DNA of 64,000 nt from Gekko japonicus (lineage: Eukaryota): assembly GCF_001447785.1 (NCBI RefSeq), contig NW_015167081.1:398261-462260 (forward strand), written 5' to 3'. Below, in pieces: positions 43,451-56,871 of the stretch. Position 1 is the stretch's first letter; each line of letters begins with the position of its first letter. The notes under the pieces are model-generated. The model was not told where the DNA came from and did no database searches. It saw only the letters and a list, made by a program, of their open reading frames with translations. A program made the translations under genes and the position numbers.

Positions 43451-44973
43451 AAAGAATGTACGTAGGTGGAGATGGCTTTAGCCTCATTGTCTCTATAATA
43501 TATAAAGAATCAATGATTCACAGTCCCAAATATTTTGTTACCATCTATCATAACCACCTCATGATGGGGGAAAGTAGTATGTCTCCTCTGAATCCTCTCC
43601 AAGAAGTCAAAATTGGATACAAAGATTATATTAACCACCAAACTACTTTCAGTTTCTACTCCAAGCTCAGCAATGGTGGTATGCAGTGATCCGATTTCCC
43701 CCTTACTTGCCATAACTAGGGAAAAATCCAATACAGTTTCTGAGCATTGGTGCTTTCAAAGCTATTAAGAGGATTCTGTTCGCATTCCAAAGAATTAAGC
43801 AATTGTGGGGTGAATGTTTTCTTCTGGGAAAAGTCCATGTGAGAACCAAACTTCAGAGTCTGGATGGTTGCCACAGTGGGAAAGACTAGTTAAGCCTATT
43901 GTTCTATTGCACTGTACTAAGGGTTTCCTTGTATTATATTATTTTGTGTTGATAAAGCAGCAAAATAAGTTCAGCTTTGATAGGAAAGTAAATATTACAA
44001 ATATTTCCGTTGTCTCTAAAGTATTTTTCTCCCCAGGGGGGAAAAATTGGAAAGCACCACATTTCCCTCCATGACTTCAAAATTTCTGAAAAATTTACAT
44101 CTCTAGTCACAACTGTACTGGGATTGCTAAAAAAAGGAACATATTTGCAAACCCATGACTGCCGAGGACTCAGTAATCTCAAACTGGAGATTAACAATGC
44201 AATCCTAAACAGAGTTTCTACAAATTTTTAACATATGGTGCTTGCTTGGCCATATGCCCACAGGACTCCCATGATCTTCCACAAAGTCCCTGCCATCAGG
44301 GGAATCAATGTAAAAACCAGCCCCTGAGGTTGCAGCACAGCCACTGCATTACCAAAAATGCAGCTGGGATGGAGACATGCAGGTAGGGGAAAGATCGGTT
44401 CTCAGAGCAGTCATCTGGGGCAGAAAGCAGCCTGAGCTCAATGAATGCTTGTGACTGCCCCTTGTAAATGAATGATTACCACCACTCAGTGCTGTACAGG
44501 AAAGTAGAATACTGCGGGGGGGGGGGGCACTATAGCAATGAGAGTAACATCCTCAATTCCAAGTGGACTGGATCTCACCAATGGGGAGCTGAGAAGAATT
44601 ACTATGAAAGATACTGACTCTCCCCTAGCCTTTTGCACTGTACAAGCCTGCCCTACCCCAACATCTGTATCAGAGACGGGCATTCTGCTAGCAAATTCAC
44701 ACTTAACTTCCTATACTAAAGCAACACATTTGCTGTTCTAATAATCCTAACAAAGTCCTTTATGTAACTGGGCGATCTACCTGTGATCATGGCAAGTTAT
44801 GGGCTCAGTTTTTATGAGTCTTGCAGTGTGGCTCCATAATCATCAGGAAACATGTGGGCTAGGTAGACAGTGATTATTGTGGACTGGCAGTACTTGTATG
44901 GCTTTATTTACCCACCCATCCACCCAACACCCAACGACAGGCATTAGTACTGAAGGGTGAGTACTGAACATTC

Positions 44974-45232
44974 TAGCCAGTTTGGTGTAGTGATTAAGTG
45001 TGCGGACTCTAATCTGGGAGAACCAGGTTTGATTTCCCACTCCTTCACTTGCAGCTGCTGGATGACCTTGGGTCAGTCATAAGTTCTCTCAGAGCTGTTC
45101 TCTCAGGAGCAGTTCTCGGAATAGCTCAGGGTATCTGTTGTGGGGAGGGGAAGGGAAAGGAGTTTGTAAACCGCTCTGAGACTCCAAGTGAAGGGCGGGG
45201 TATAAATCCAATCTCCTCATCTTCTCTCCTTC
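44974..45232 (+). mobile_element. Squam3 SINE
   Basis: Same family; internal deletion in the body. Confidence 0.85.
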
Positions 45233-48200
45233 ATATGACTTTGGGGATGGTGAACTGCAAAACAGTGTGGTATATATCCAGCTCCATTATGCTAATGGTC
45301 CCTCTGAAGGATAAAGAGTCTTGAACTGCATAATAGCATGGGAAACTGAACCAGTTCAGGCAGAGGTTCCAAAATGAAAGTGAGAAGGACAGAAATGTAC
45401 AGTTCAGCCTAGCTACATTTGGTTCCTCAGTTATCACAAGCAGAAGGCTACCTTGAGATAAGACAGGATGCAAGATGTTTTGAATAAAATAACCTAACTA
45501 AGCAGAGTGTGTTGCTATGGCATATGTTTAGGCAACATGGAAACAATATTTTGTGCTGGTGCCACCAGGACATTTCTAGGCACCTAAGGTCTGTGGAATT
45601 AGCCAATAAAACAGACAAAAGATGGTGAAAAGTGACAGTTACTCTGATTCCTTAACAGGGCATTAGCCTTCCATACTGTAGTGATCAGGCCAGCCAGAAA
45701 GTAGATTGCCAATTAAGATACATCATGTTCAGTGTCAAGGAGTAACTATACCTCTTCAAGCCACAATCTGCATCTCTCTACAGAGACTTGTCTCACACCC
45801 CAAAAGCCTCTTCCAGAACTCTGGTCTTCCAGAACGCGAGGCAGGCTTTGCTAAGGAAGTGCAGGCAGCTGCTACAGAGCTAAAGCTCCTCCACCACATG
45901 GGCCCAGTTTATATTTCAAGGTGAAACTGAATCTGTCTTTCTTACCTAGCCCCCTGCACTAAAGGCCAGTGGGGCATCCTGGTCTGTGGCAACACTGCTT
46001 CTGAGCCATCAATTTTTTTAAAAAAATCATTCAGTCTTAGTTGCAGCTCTGGAAGTTCCCAAACCTTTTTTGGTACAAGGAGTATGGGTTAAAAAAAAAA
46101 CAAATTAATATGACAAGCTTACGTGTCAATTCCAGTAACATATGTCATTAAACAGCAAGCAATGGAAGGGGCATGACTGAGGATTACTAATTTAAGTCAA
46201 TAATTAAGAGCTACGTGTCCTTATTTGTAGAAGTGCTGTTCATTTTCACCTATATGCTTACATATTCTTTTCACAGCCCTACCTCCCAATTTTCTAGTAC
46301 ACAAACAAAAAACAGTGTAAAGGATTGTGTTTCTGTATGTTCTGTAGACAGACATCATACTCTCATGAGATGCCTGTCAAAGAAGTTCAGACCTTCCTGT
46401 GTTGGGGCATCGGAGTTCTGGTTTCACCACAACAGCAGGTTAAAGAAGTCAGAATGTGAGGGCCCAATAGTTCTATATCTAAACTTAAAATGTAGGCCCA
46501 AATAGCCTCAAATCAGAATAAAATCATACAATTATCACCAACATAGGCCATTTGTGATCCTGACCAATGTGTTTTGGCCAACTGGCCTTCCTCAGTGGTC
46601 AAACAATGTTGTTACACAACCTCCCGACATTAACAATAATGATACAGTTATTTCTTAAACTTGGACCAAGTTGAAACTGTTTTATAATCAATATCTGTGA
46701 CCTAAGACAGAGATATAATACAGAGGTCTCATTTTAAATAACCTGCTGCCCTGGTCAGGTACAAATGTCTTGAATGGTAATTCAGTTGTGTACCTTCCTG
46801 TCTAGGTCCAATTATTATTATTTTTGAGATGCAGTATGGAGCCAATAGTGGGCTCTCACATTTTGACTTCTTAACCTTTTGGTTCTTAATTATTTTTGGG
46901 TTAAGACCCCCCTCCTTTTCTTGTCTTTTGTGATTTTCACCACAACAGCATCCCAATTATAATGTTTCCCTATTCCACTTAGGAGTGAATATGGGTGATC
47001 ATCATCAATAGATGCATTTTAAGCTACCACTAGCATTGGTTCCTGCAGTTAGTAACCACGGGCATTAAAAAAAAGAAAAGAATCAACCTTATCTTCATAA
47101 GCTATTTGCATACTACCATCCCAGTTTGTAGTTCATATTCACATGTGTCAGAACGTTGGGAACTGATGTCTATACAGATGTGATTGGTGCTGACTTCCTG
47201 CCATTTTTGATTAATCAATGAAGGGTCCATCAAAAGAATAGAAAATCAGTGTAGATCTAAGCAAAGTTGTCACACACAAGACGGAGGATCCCAAATGGGC
47301 CATACAGCAGCAGGATTTCAAATCCTACAGAAAACCCCTTTTCTTCAAGAAAGAGCAAACTGAAGAATTCCATGCAACACAAAAGCTTCCTACTACGTCA
47401 ATATCTTGCCCAATAAGAAGTATCTCTGGAACCATTTTGTACCACATCTGACAAGTAACCAAGGCACAAACATGCCTGGTAAAGTATCAGATGCAACACG
47501 ACAGTCATCTCTGACACGTTAAAAAAGAAGCTGCAAGTGATGCTTTTCATCTACTGGAACTCAACTTCTCTGAAGCAACCAGCTCAACCTAATTTTCATT
47601 ATAAGCACTAAAATAACAGGCAGCACTCGGGTACGTTTATTAGCTATAACACAGAAAAATGTTTTAAAAAAACCCTGAAAATCTTGGAACCGTCCCCCCA
47701 ATCTATGACATGGTCACCTCAGACTTCAAGAAGTATTAATTTCTTCAGCACCAAAGAAAACAAGAGAATAATACACTGTTATTTCCAGTTAAAGGGAGTC
47801 AGTTGCTTTTTTCTCCTTCATAAACTACCCAGTTTGTTGAAAGACTACAGTACAGTGTTTCTAAAAATTTCCAAGACATATGCGCCTTCTCACTAGTTAA
47901 AATTTGGAAGTACACAGAATTCACTTGGAGAGGGCAATTTCTGCTTACACACTGACAATAAAACATTCTGGGTGGAGGACTGGATGATTCCCCCCTCCCC
48001 GGGTACATGAATCACAGCTCTGGGTATGTCTCCTGGCTGGGAGGAAAAAAGCCCACATAGGCAATTCATGCAAAGATGTAACAGGTACTTCCTCAAACAG
48101 CAGCTAATTCTGCTGTCTCTTGGGAAGGATGAAAGGATCCAATCAGATTTTATATAGAGGAATGGGGGGCTTCTTTAATGGATGCCACCTGGAAGGTAAA

Positions 48201-50699
48201 AGTAAAACATGCAGACAGTAGGCAGCTTTCTCTATGGGTGGGTACTTAGGGCTCGCAAATTGATTTCTTGGGGCACACAGTTTTGGAATTATTAACCTAA
48301 AGGGAGAAGAGAATCAGCTGTCCATCATCACAGGGCACATAACCAACAGTGTGGTAACGTCATCCCTCCCCTTCTACCTTTGGGGGGGGGAAATCCCTTG
48401 CAAACCTTCTCATCTTATCTCCAGAGGAAGAATGCTCCCCTCAGGGATTCTCTGCATGCCATTCCTTACATCATTAGTTTAGTTTTGCCCTGGCTCTTGT
48501 GGAATCTTTTACTCATAGTAAATGCACCCCCTGCCTTCATGACCTACCTTCTTCAACTCTGGAGAAATCTCATCTTAAAGGCACATATTTTCAACATTAC
48601 ATAGGGCAGTGAATAAACAACCCTCAAATACCTTTTTACTCATACAGTCAAAGAATGGTAAGAGTAATGAACTTTTGTCCTCAATGATGAATGCATGATT
48701 ACAAGTCCAAACAGAGATGAAAAGCAGGGGCACTTCCTCCTTCAGAGAGAAGTATACACCTTCATCAATACTTTTCTTCACTGCCAACTGACTTAATACA
48801 AGAACAGAAGCTAACATTACTTCAGGTTTTTTACTCTCTAAACAGGCATGGATTGGTCAGTGGTGAGGTTACAAGATTTGAGAATGCATTTTTGACTGTG
48901 TCTGCAGGCTGGATATGCTGGGTGACACAAAAACAGAAAAGTAAAACAAGATCTACGAAGAGGAAGAAGTTATGAAGGTTGGCACCTGTGGAATATAGTT
49001 CCAAAGATGAATAACTAGAATATAGTCCATCTCTGGAGAAGCACTTCTCCAACATTATCAACTCACCCTGAATAGATTCCCAACTGTCATTCTGGCCTAA
49101 CAAAATCAACTAGATTGGAAGTATGAATTATTGAAATTATCCTGAATGACTTTTTATTAGCCTGTACAGTCCAACATATCCCACAATGGAAGCCACCTTA
49201 CCTGTTACAGCAGAAAGACACACAAAAGAAAGCCTTAAAGCACCTTAAAAAGCTAACATATAATGTATACATTTTGTTTCATACACTCTTAAATAATCTA
49301 CTTTTAAATCACTTAAGCACTAACAAGCTTCATGCATATCAGCTCTGCTACTCATTTTTGTTAAGAAAAAAATCATGTTAATGTGCTCTGGTGTCAGTTT
49401 TGTGTACAAATAACTGTAAGCCAGTACCGTAACACACCTTCTGCAGGCACATTCCATGTCCTGGAATGCACAGGTACACCTTTTGCCAGTTTGCCACCCA
49501 CTGGAAAATATCTTATCATTTACAGCAATATACACACACACCCTGTGTGTATAAACACACCCTCACCCCAACACAAATAATAAATGAATCCTTACAGTTT
49601 AATCATTTAAATGTTTAATACTTTACATCCTTGCCTCAGATGCTATGTGATACTCTCCTTCCACCTGACCTCAGAGGCTCAAGACAGCTAAACATCATAA
49701 TTTAGGAAATCTCCCCCCACACACACAATTCAAGGGCTTTCCTTCCGTACCCCAAGCACAAAAATGCTCATCAAATACAAAAGCAACATTATTGCTTTGT
49801 TGTATCCTGCTGCCTCAAAAATAGCAAAGATTTTGTGGCTCCTTGGAGACCAACACATTTGTTACAGCATAAGTTTTCATGAGGCAAAAGCAACAAACAC
49901 CTGAAGAAGTGGGCTCTGTCTTACAAAAGGTTCACGTGCAGCAATAAAGGCATTTGTAACAACAAACTGGACATATCTTAAAGACCAACCTCTTTACTGT
50001 GGCACATGCATCAGAATCCACTGCTTCACATACTTGTGGGGTCCAGCTCCCCAAATCATACGTGGTGGGTAGTCCTTCAGTACCCCAAGACTCTGTGATT
50101 ATCATTATTTCTGTTTAGTGCATTTTTATTCCAATTTTCCTCTCAGAAGCTCAGAACAGGGTACAGGGACCTCCCCCTCCTTCATTTTCTCCTCACAACA
50201 ATCCTGTGCAATAGGCTGGCTGAAAGAGAATGACTGGTCCAAGATCACGGAGCACAAAACTGAACCTGCATCTCCACAGTGGAACGCTTGCTACGCCACA
50301 GTGGCTCTTAGTTCTCATCAGCCAAGCCTGTAGTACTTCAAAGCATCCTATACATTTCATACACACACCCTCTCAGTTACCTTCCTTGTAAGCCCAAGGC
50401 ACACTCTCCTTTATTAAAAGGAGAAGCCGCCCTGCCTGACAGCTGCAAGAGTAGCTTTAGCCACAGCGGATCTGTTAGCCTTTTTATAAAGATGCCAAAA
50501 TCTCTCCTTCCCTCTTTTTTGGGGGGGAGGGGTTGCTACAGCCCCCACCTGGAACCAACCCCCCCCCCATCTCTTGACAGTGACGCTGGTTCTTCCCTAC
50601 CCACCTGCATGACTGCAAGCAGGGAGAAAGAGGGGCGTGTGTGAGAAGAGAGCAAGCCATTGAACAAGACAAGGCAACCCTAGGGTTGTTTAGTTTTCT

Positions 50700-51810
50700 C
50701 AATCACAAGCACCTCGCGGTCGATGCACGAAGATTAATACAGTGCCAGGCACCGCCCTTAGGTTGCCAATCTCCAGGTGGGGCCTGGAGATCTCCCGGAA
50801 TCGAAACCGATCTGCAGACAACACACAGCAGTTAGGCTGGGGGAAATGGCAGCTCTGGAGAGTTTCTGCTAGTGCATCGCATCCCCGCAGCAGACCACCC
50901 TCCCCCGGCACCTCCCCACCCCAAATCCCCAGGAATCTCCGAAGCATAATCTCCACTACCGGCTTCCCCTCCTCACCCCATGCCAGGAGAGCCTGCTTCT
51001 CTCGTTCCCTCTGGCTTCGGCCTCCCTCAAAGGACACGAGCAGCTCCCCCACACCCCCTTTTCTCCTCAGGCTCAAGCTCCCCCCCATCTTTCACCCAGG
51101 CGACGCTCAGGAAAGCCCCTTCGTTGCCTCACCCCTTCCTTCACTCAGTCTGCCAGGCCGCAGGTCGACAAGGTGGTGGTGGTGGCTGCGCAGCCCCTTT
51201 GTGCCATCTTCTCCTCAGGCAACGGCAACGCGACGGACTGGTAAGATGGAGGAGGCCCCAACGAGCCTTCCCATTCCGCGCACAACGGCTCCGCCCCCTA
51301 GCCAGCCAGCCAGCCAGCTCCTCCCTCTTTTCTTTCTTTCTCCCTCCTTCCCGCTCTGTATCCCGGGGCAACTAGTCACACCCCTTTCCGCGGTCCTGCC
51401 ACTGGGAGGCCCCGCCTAGCCCTCTGATGGGCGGACCAATCATGGTGGGAGGGCTTTCTTAATGTTTAATGAACGGGCCTATCCTCAGTCCGGTTTTTAA
51501 GACCGCGGTAGGGTTTTGTTTGTAACCGAAGCAGTGGTTGGGCAAGATGGCGAAGAAACGGAAGGTTGAGCCTGATTGGGTGGTGGAGGGGACGGAAGAG
51601 GCGGGGCAGAAGAGGGCTGGAAGGCGTGTCATTGGTGAGGCCGGGAGACTGGTCACAAAGGTTGGGCTTGGGGAAAGGAAGAGGGGGAAGGGGGTTTTGG
51701 GGTCAGCGGCTGTGGCCCCGGTGTGGGGAGGTGGGTGCTGTGGCGCGGCCTCTGGTCAAGCAGGCTCCCTCCCCGGTCAGCCTCCAGCCTCAGGGGAGGA
51801 GAATTAAGGT
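50700..51810. promoter_or_regulatory. Bidirectional CpG-island promoter shared by RSPRY1 (-) and PSME3IP1 (+)
   Basis: CpG/GC rich; divergent YY1 motifs (51203-51210 minus, 51544-51552 plus); CCAAT boxes (~51436, ~51575 reverse, ~51631 reverse); GC boxes; ETS CGGAAG (~51559, ~51593); GC skew flips across ~51450. Confidence 0.85.
51133..51290 (-). other. RSPRY1: Probable non-coding exon 1 of RSPRY1 (5' end uncertain), containing a YY1 motif and a 20-codon uORF (51207-51145)
   Basis: AAGATGGC at 51203-51210; donor GGG|GTGAGG at 51132; lies in the CpG island. Confidence 0.5.
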
Positions 51811-53066
51811 ATCATTTTTCATAGTAATAGTTATTGTTATCCATAGGAGTCCTGTAAAATCTGTACAACAACCCTGCAAGGTAGCGTTATGCGCTCCTCT
51901 GTTGTAGTTCATAAGCGGCTGAACCTAATAGATCGTTATAATGATGTTAATAAGTCTCTACATTATTATTATGTCGTGGAGTGTCAATTCCTAGGTTTTT
52001 AAAAAATTATTGTTACACTAGAGAGGTACAGCACATTATTTGCATGTTCAATCCCCAGCCTCTCTAGTCAAAAGGATCTTTGGGTTGCCTTTCAACCTGA
52101 CATTGACAGGGATCTGTCATACATCACATAGTCTTTGCGCTTCTCATGTAGCTGCCATGGGTCCTGTCAATCAGATGTGCCCTGGGAGTTCCATGCTTGG
52201 AACTTAGTTCTGTGCCTGTGAGTTAAGTTCTAATGTGTGGAAATTTTCACCACACCATTGATTGGCAGGATCTGTGGGGAGCATGTAGGCTGTGTAATGT
52301 GTGAATCAACCCTCAACATAGAGCTGCTGCCAGGCAGAGTAAACTGTGGTGTCTAAATTTACCAGTGGACCACTCTCTGTGTTTTGTATATCACCTTCAG
52401 TGCGCATGGTGCTTTACACAATCAGGAGATAAATATTACTTCTGTTGAGAAGCTTGCTGTTTCAACTTTTAACACAAGGAAAATGATATGGGGGGATGGA
52501 GGCGGGAATAAACAAGGAAAGAATTCCAAATGAAGTCAGTTCATGGTGCTGGTGGTATTAGAGCTGAGGTCTTCCAGATGTTTCCTATGCAGTCTTTTTA
52601 AAGCTGCCTCCTATGAATTCTAACTTGGAAGGAAGTCCCACTACATTCAAGGTGGCCTACTGCCAATCAAGTGTGCGCAGGAGTGTAGCCTTAACCTCCA
52701 TTCTGTCATAGCTTTTTTTGTTTCTAAGCTAGGAGGATATTGTGAATGCTAACCAAGAGAGTATGTTAAAATAGGGCAGTGGTGAGAACTGGGTAATGTG
52801 TGGGAAAGGAGGCACTGTGATTGGTAATATGCGCTGGCAGTACAAATATGTGACAAGCAAGGCTAGAAAAAACATTTACACGCTCGCCACAAGATTTAAC
52901 AAGGGAAAAGAAGGACATTGTTCTTATATATTTGATATCTCTCTTCTCAGACCATGAGTCCATGATTTCGTTTTGCTACAAGCTAGTAAAATGTACATCC
53001 TGTTTAGTCAAATGGGTGTATGAGAAGAAGACTTACATTGCATATTCCTGCAGAATCCCTAACCAC

Positions 53067-53271
53067 CAACGTTCCCTCTAAGCTGTGAGTCTTGTGAGCA
53101 AAAAGTCTACTTTGTGAGCTACTGGCATTAAAGTTGTGAGTGAGCAATTTGGCTACTGTATAAATTAGTTTTTTTCAGGACCCATCCTTCCTGATCTAAG
53201 ACAAAAATATGTGAACTGGAGGCTAAAAACTGTGAGGTAGATCACACTAACTCAGTTTAGAGGGAACACTG
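53067..53271. mobile_element. hAT-type MITE
   Basis: TIR CA(A/G)(C/T)GTTCCCTCTAA; 8-bp TSD CTAACCAC/ATGACCAC (6 of 8 match). Confidence 0.75.
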
Positions 53272-54449
53272 ATGACCACTTCACCTGCTATCAGGGATAC
53301 CAGCTGGTGTAAACTTTGCCATGCCAGTGCCATTAACTTCCCCCGGAGGAGTGAATGGTAATCATTTAGTTATGAAGGAGAAAGTAAAAGGGGTGCTGTT
53401 GCATTCAGGAGTCTTAACCTTGCACTCTGAATCAGCCAGTGGGCCTGGGCATTGAAAATCAAACTTGCCCCTACCTGCATAGTCTATTCCCGGGTTCCAT
53501 TCCTTGGTCATGCTAGTGTATGGCGAGATCTTCAGAAGTAGCAGGCGCTAGAGTGTAACCAAATCTAAGGAACTGTCTTTCTTACACAGTGAATCAAGGT
53601 TTTCTGGCAGACTGTGGGTGTTGCCAAGCAAATGCTGTATATGGAAAACTAGCAAAGAGGATCTTGGACAAGTACAGTGTGTCCTTCTACTTTAGGAAGT
53701 CTCTCACCCTCTCAACTCATTGGATCTCCCCCACTTCCTTGTGCTTGTTGGTTTTGCCCGGAGATGTTTTTTACTCTTTACGAGCATCCAAATTAGTGAC
53801 TGCAAGACTACAGCAGAATGTGCAAAACAGGGGCAGATGCTTGACAGCCTGAGGGTGGCTCCTAAATGCGGCTGATGCTCAGCAGGCTATTCCAGTGTGC
53901 TGTGTTCCTTATGCCTGTGTTGTGATGTCTCCACAGGCTGCCTCTTGTTTTCTGAAAAGTGCTTGTTTTGACCTAAAAAGAACTTGTCCCCTTTTGTTCC
54001 CAAGAAACTGCTTCCTTTCTTTCCGTTTCAGCCTGTAAGACCAACAGAAAACTTCTGATTTATTCTGCGTATATGTTGGGATCATACACATGTCTTGAGT
54101 AGTTTCTGTAGGAGCTCTGGTATGCTCTTTGGTGCAAATTACAATATTCTGAGTGAAAGACACTGAGTTCTGTTGTTGCCTAAGATGCAATCTATAAGTC
54201 CTTCAGAAAACAGCTGAATGAAGAGCTGGTGAATCAAAGAATCTAAGGGATGGAAGGACCTTTGTCTCTTCCACAGTGGCACATTTTTTCTATCTTTTTC
54301 AAAGATATTTTAAGTATCTCTAATAATTACTCTTAAGCATGTCCAGACACAAGAAAGAGACTCAGGAGAATTCTTCTGCCCATAAAACATGTGTTCTGTG
54401 ACTTACTGGTAACCTCTTCCCACTCCCCACAGTTTACCAGTTTGGTGTG

Positions 54450-54740
54450 AGAGCCAGTTTGGTGTAGTGGTTAGGAGCATAGACTCTAATCTGGGAGGAC
54501 TGGGTTTGATTGCAGCTGCTGGTGTGACCCTGGGTCAGTCACAACAAGTTCTCTCAGAGCTGTTCTCTCAAGGGCAGTTCTTGAAAGAGCTCTCTCAGCC
54601 TCGCCTACCTCACAGGGTGTCTGTTGTGGGGAGAGGAGGGGAAGGGAAAGGGATTGTAAGCCACTCTGAGACTCCTTCAGGTAGTGAAGGGCTGGGTATA
54701 AATCCAATCTCCTCCCCCTCCTCTTCCTCCTCCTCCTCTC
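54450..54740 (+). mobile_element. Squam3 SINE
   Basis: Same family; (CCT)n tail; partial duplication of the head at ~54436-54448. Confidence 0.85.
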
Positions 54741-56353
54741 AGTACTTTTCATTTTGGCTGAGTGCTGATACTGGAAGTGGTCTTGGCTGGTTGCACAAGG
54801 CTACGGGACGATTATCAGCAGGAGTGGTGGGGGCTTGGCACCCTTCATCAAGTCCCCTTTTGTGTCTTGAATACAATCCCCTCCACATACATGCGCACTG
54901 CCTTCTTCCCATGTTATTGGTCAGTTCCATGTTTAAACCCATGGAATTGCCATGTTCTCATCTAGTTTGGCCCTGAAATGGGATCTGTTGTTACCTGTGA
55001 CTGTGTTTGCTGCCCATCTGAATGAGCCGGTTATCTATGGTTGGGGGAAGACTTGTTGCCAAGAGAAGGAGTGAGTGCGTGCTGCCAGATCTGGCTCCCA
55101 GTTTATTATCCCTGCTTAGCATGGAGCCAGTGCTGCATCTGTACCTTCCCTGTGATTTATTAGCTGTAAGCTAGTGCATGTCTGCCTCTCCTGACACAAG
55201 AGTACAAACAGAGGACAAACAAGGTTCTCTGGCTGGAGCAGTCGACATTGGCTGGTCAAAGAGATCCATAACCAAACCTGCAGGCCTCAACTGTCTTCAG
55301 TGACTTGATTCACTGTACACTCTGCCTGCTCAGAATGGTGACACATTCCTGGCATTCAAAATGTCTCTCTGGCCCAGCAGTTTTTCCTTCCTACAAATGT
55401 GTCCTATGTTGGTTAGTGGGTTGCTGAAATTCCAAGGTTAGCATCCAGAAAATAGCTTCCCACATGGCAAGCAAATTTGTAAATAGAGACGTTTTACACA
55501 AATGTGCTTACCTGGATTGAGTTACCACGCCTGTGTAATTTGAGTTAAAAGAAGGGGAAAGGTATTACAGTTCATGGAGGTGAGAAACATCAAAGAAACA
55601 GGGTACAGAAATTATTGCTATGTAGGTCATGTCAGAGAATCGGTTGACTGTTTTGACCGATCTTCCCCTCCGCGTTTGTTGTTCACGGCAAGTGGTGAAA
55701 CCTTGCAGGTGACCGTGCTCAATCTCACATTTCTGATGAACAAGCCGAAAAGATATCCTTGCCAGTTGTGTGATCGCTGAGGTCAGCCAGTGCAAAGCAC
55801 AGCAGGGTATCCCTGATCACAGTCCAGCACTCTAACCACTTCATCATACTGTCTCCTGCGAGCTAGTGCTTTGTGGTCACATGGGCATTTGGGGATCGTA
55901 ACCTATTTCTGCAAAGTTTATAACGTGAAAAGTGTGCCTTTGGGTCTGATCACATCTGGGGACGTGCATAGTATACTAAGGGTGGGTATATACAATACAC
56001 ACTGTACAGTTCGGGGCTGATCAGTGCTGCAGACTTTTGACTCCCCCCCCAGACCTTTCCAATGAAATGAAATGAAAGTCCGGTGGCACCTTTAAAGACT
56101 GACACAGTTTATTCCAAACTTCTGCATGTTTCACATCTTTCTACAGTTCCTACAGTAGATTAAAAAGCACAAGGTGGAGCCAGGAAATTTATAACCGCTG
56201 CCCCAATCCTGCCTCTCGAGGTTAGGTGACCCTGTCCAAGGCCTCTGCTGGGGCTTCTGGGCAATGCTTGTCTGCGTATCTTCAAATGAGTCTCTGCAGA
56301 AGACCCAGAGTGATCCTAGTCTTAACTGTTTTCTCTGTACAGGCTGCTCCACA

Positions 56354-56412
56354 ATGGATGGAGGAGAAGGTGGGACCAACCCTGTGATTAACAAAAGGTT
56401 CGTGACTGAAGC
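56354..56412 (+). CDS. PSME3IP1: PSME3IP1 (FAM192A/NIP30/PIP30) first canonical coding exon, truncated by an assembly gap (MDGGEGGTNPVINKRFVTE)
   Basis: Matches recalled N-terminus MDGGDDGNLIIKKRFVSEA; acceptor TTTTCTCTGTACAG at 56342; Kozak ACAATGG. Confidence 0.88.
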
Positions 56413-56871
56413 NNNNNNNNNNNNNNNNNNNNNNNNNNNNNNNNNNNNNNNNNNNNNNNNNNNNNNNNNNNNNNNNNNNNNNNNNNNNNNNNNNNNNNNN
56501 NNNNNNNNNNNNNNNNNNNNNNNNNNNNNNNNNNNNNNNNNNNNNNNNNNNNNNNNNNNNNNNNNNNNNNNNNNNNNNNNNNNNNNNNNNNNNNNNNNNN
56601 NNNNNNNNNNNNNNNNNNNNNNNNNNNNNNNNNNNNNNNNNNNNNNNNNNNNNNNNNNNNNNNNNNNNNNNNNNNNNNNNNNNNNNNNNNNNNNNNNNNN
56701 NNNNNNNNNNNNNNNNNNNNNNNNNNNNNNNNNNNNNNNNNNNNNNNNNNNNNNNNNNNNNNNNNNNNNNNNNNNNNNNNNNNNNNNNNNNNNNNNNNNN
56801 NNNNNNNNNNNNNNNNNNNNNNNNNNNNNNNNNNNNNNNNNNNNNNNNNNNNNNNNNNNNNNNNNNNNNNN
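56413..56871. other. Assembly gap removing the 3' part of PSME3IP1 coding exon 1; smaller gaps at 4038-4081, 17448-17479 and 60783-60798
   Basis: N runs in the sequence. Confidence 1.

Noticed and set aside
50742-51419. 225-aa Pro/Ser-rich plus-strand ORF and overlapping ORFs
   Set aside because: Low-complexity CpG-island ORFs antisense to the RSPRY1 first exon; no homology evident.
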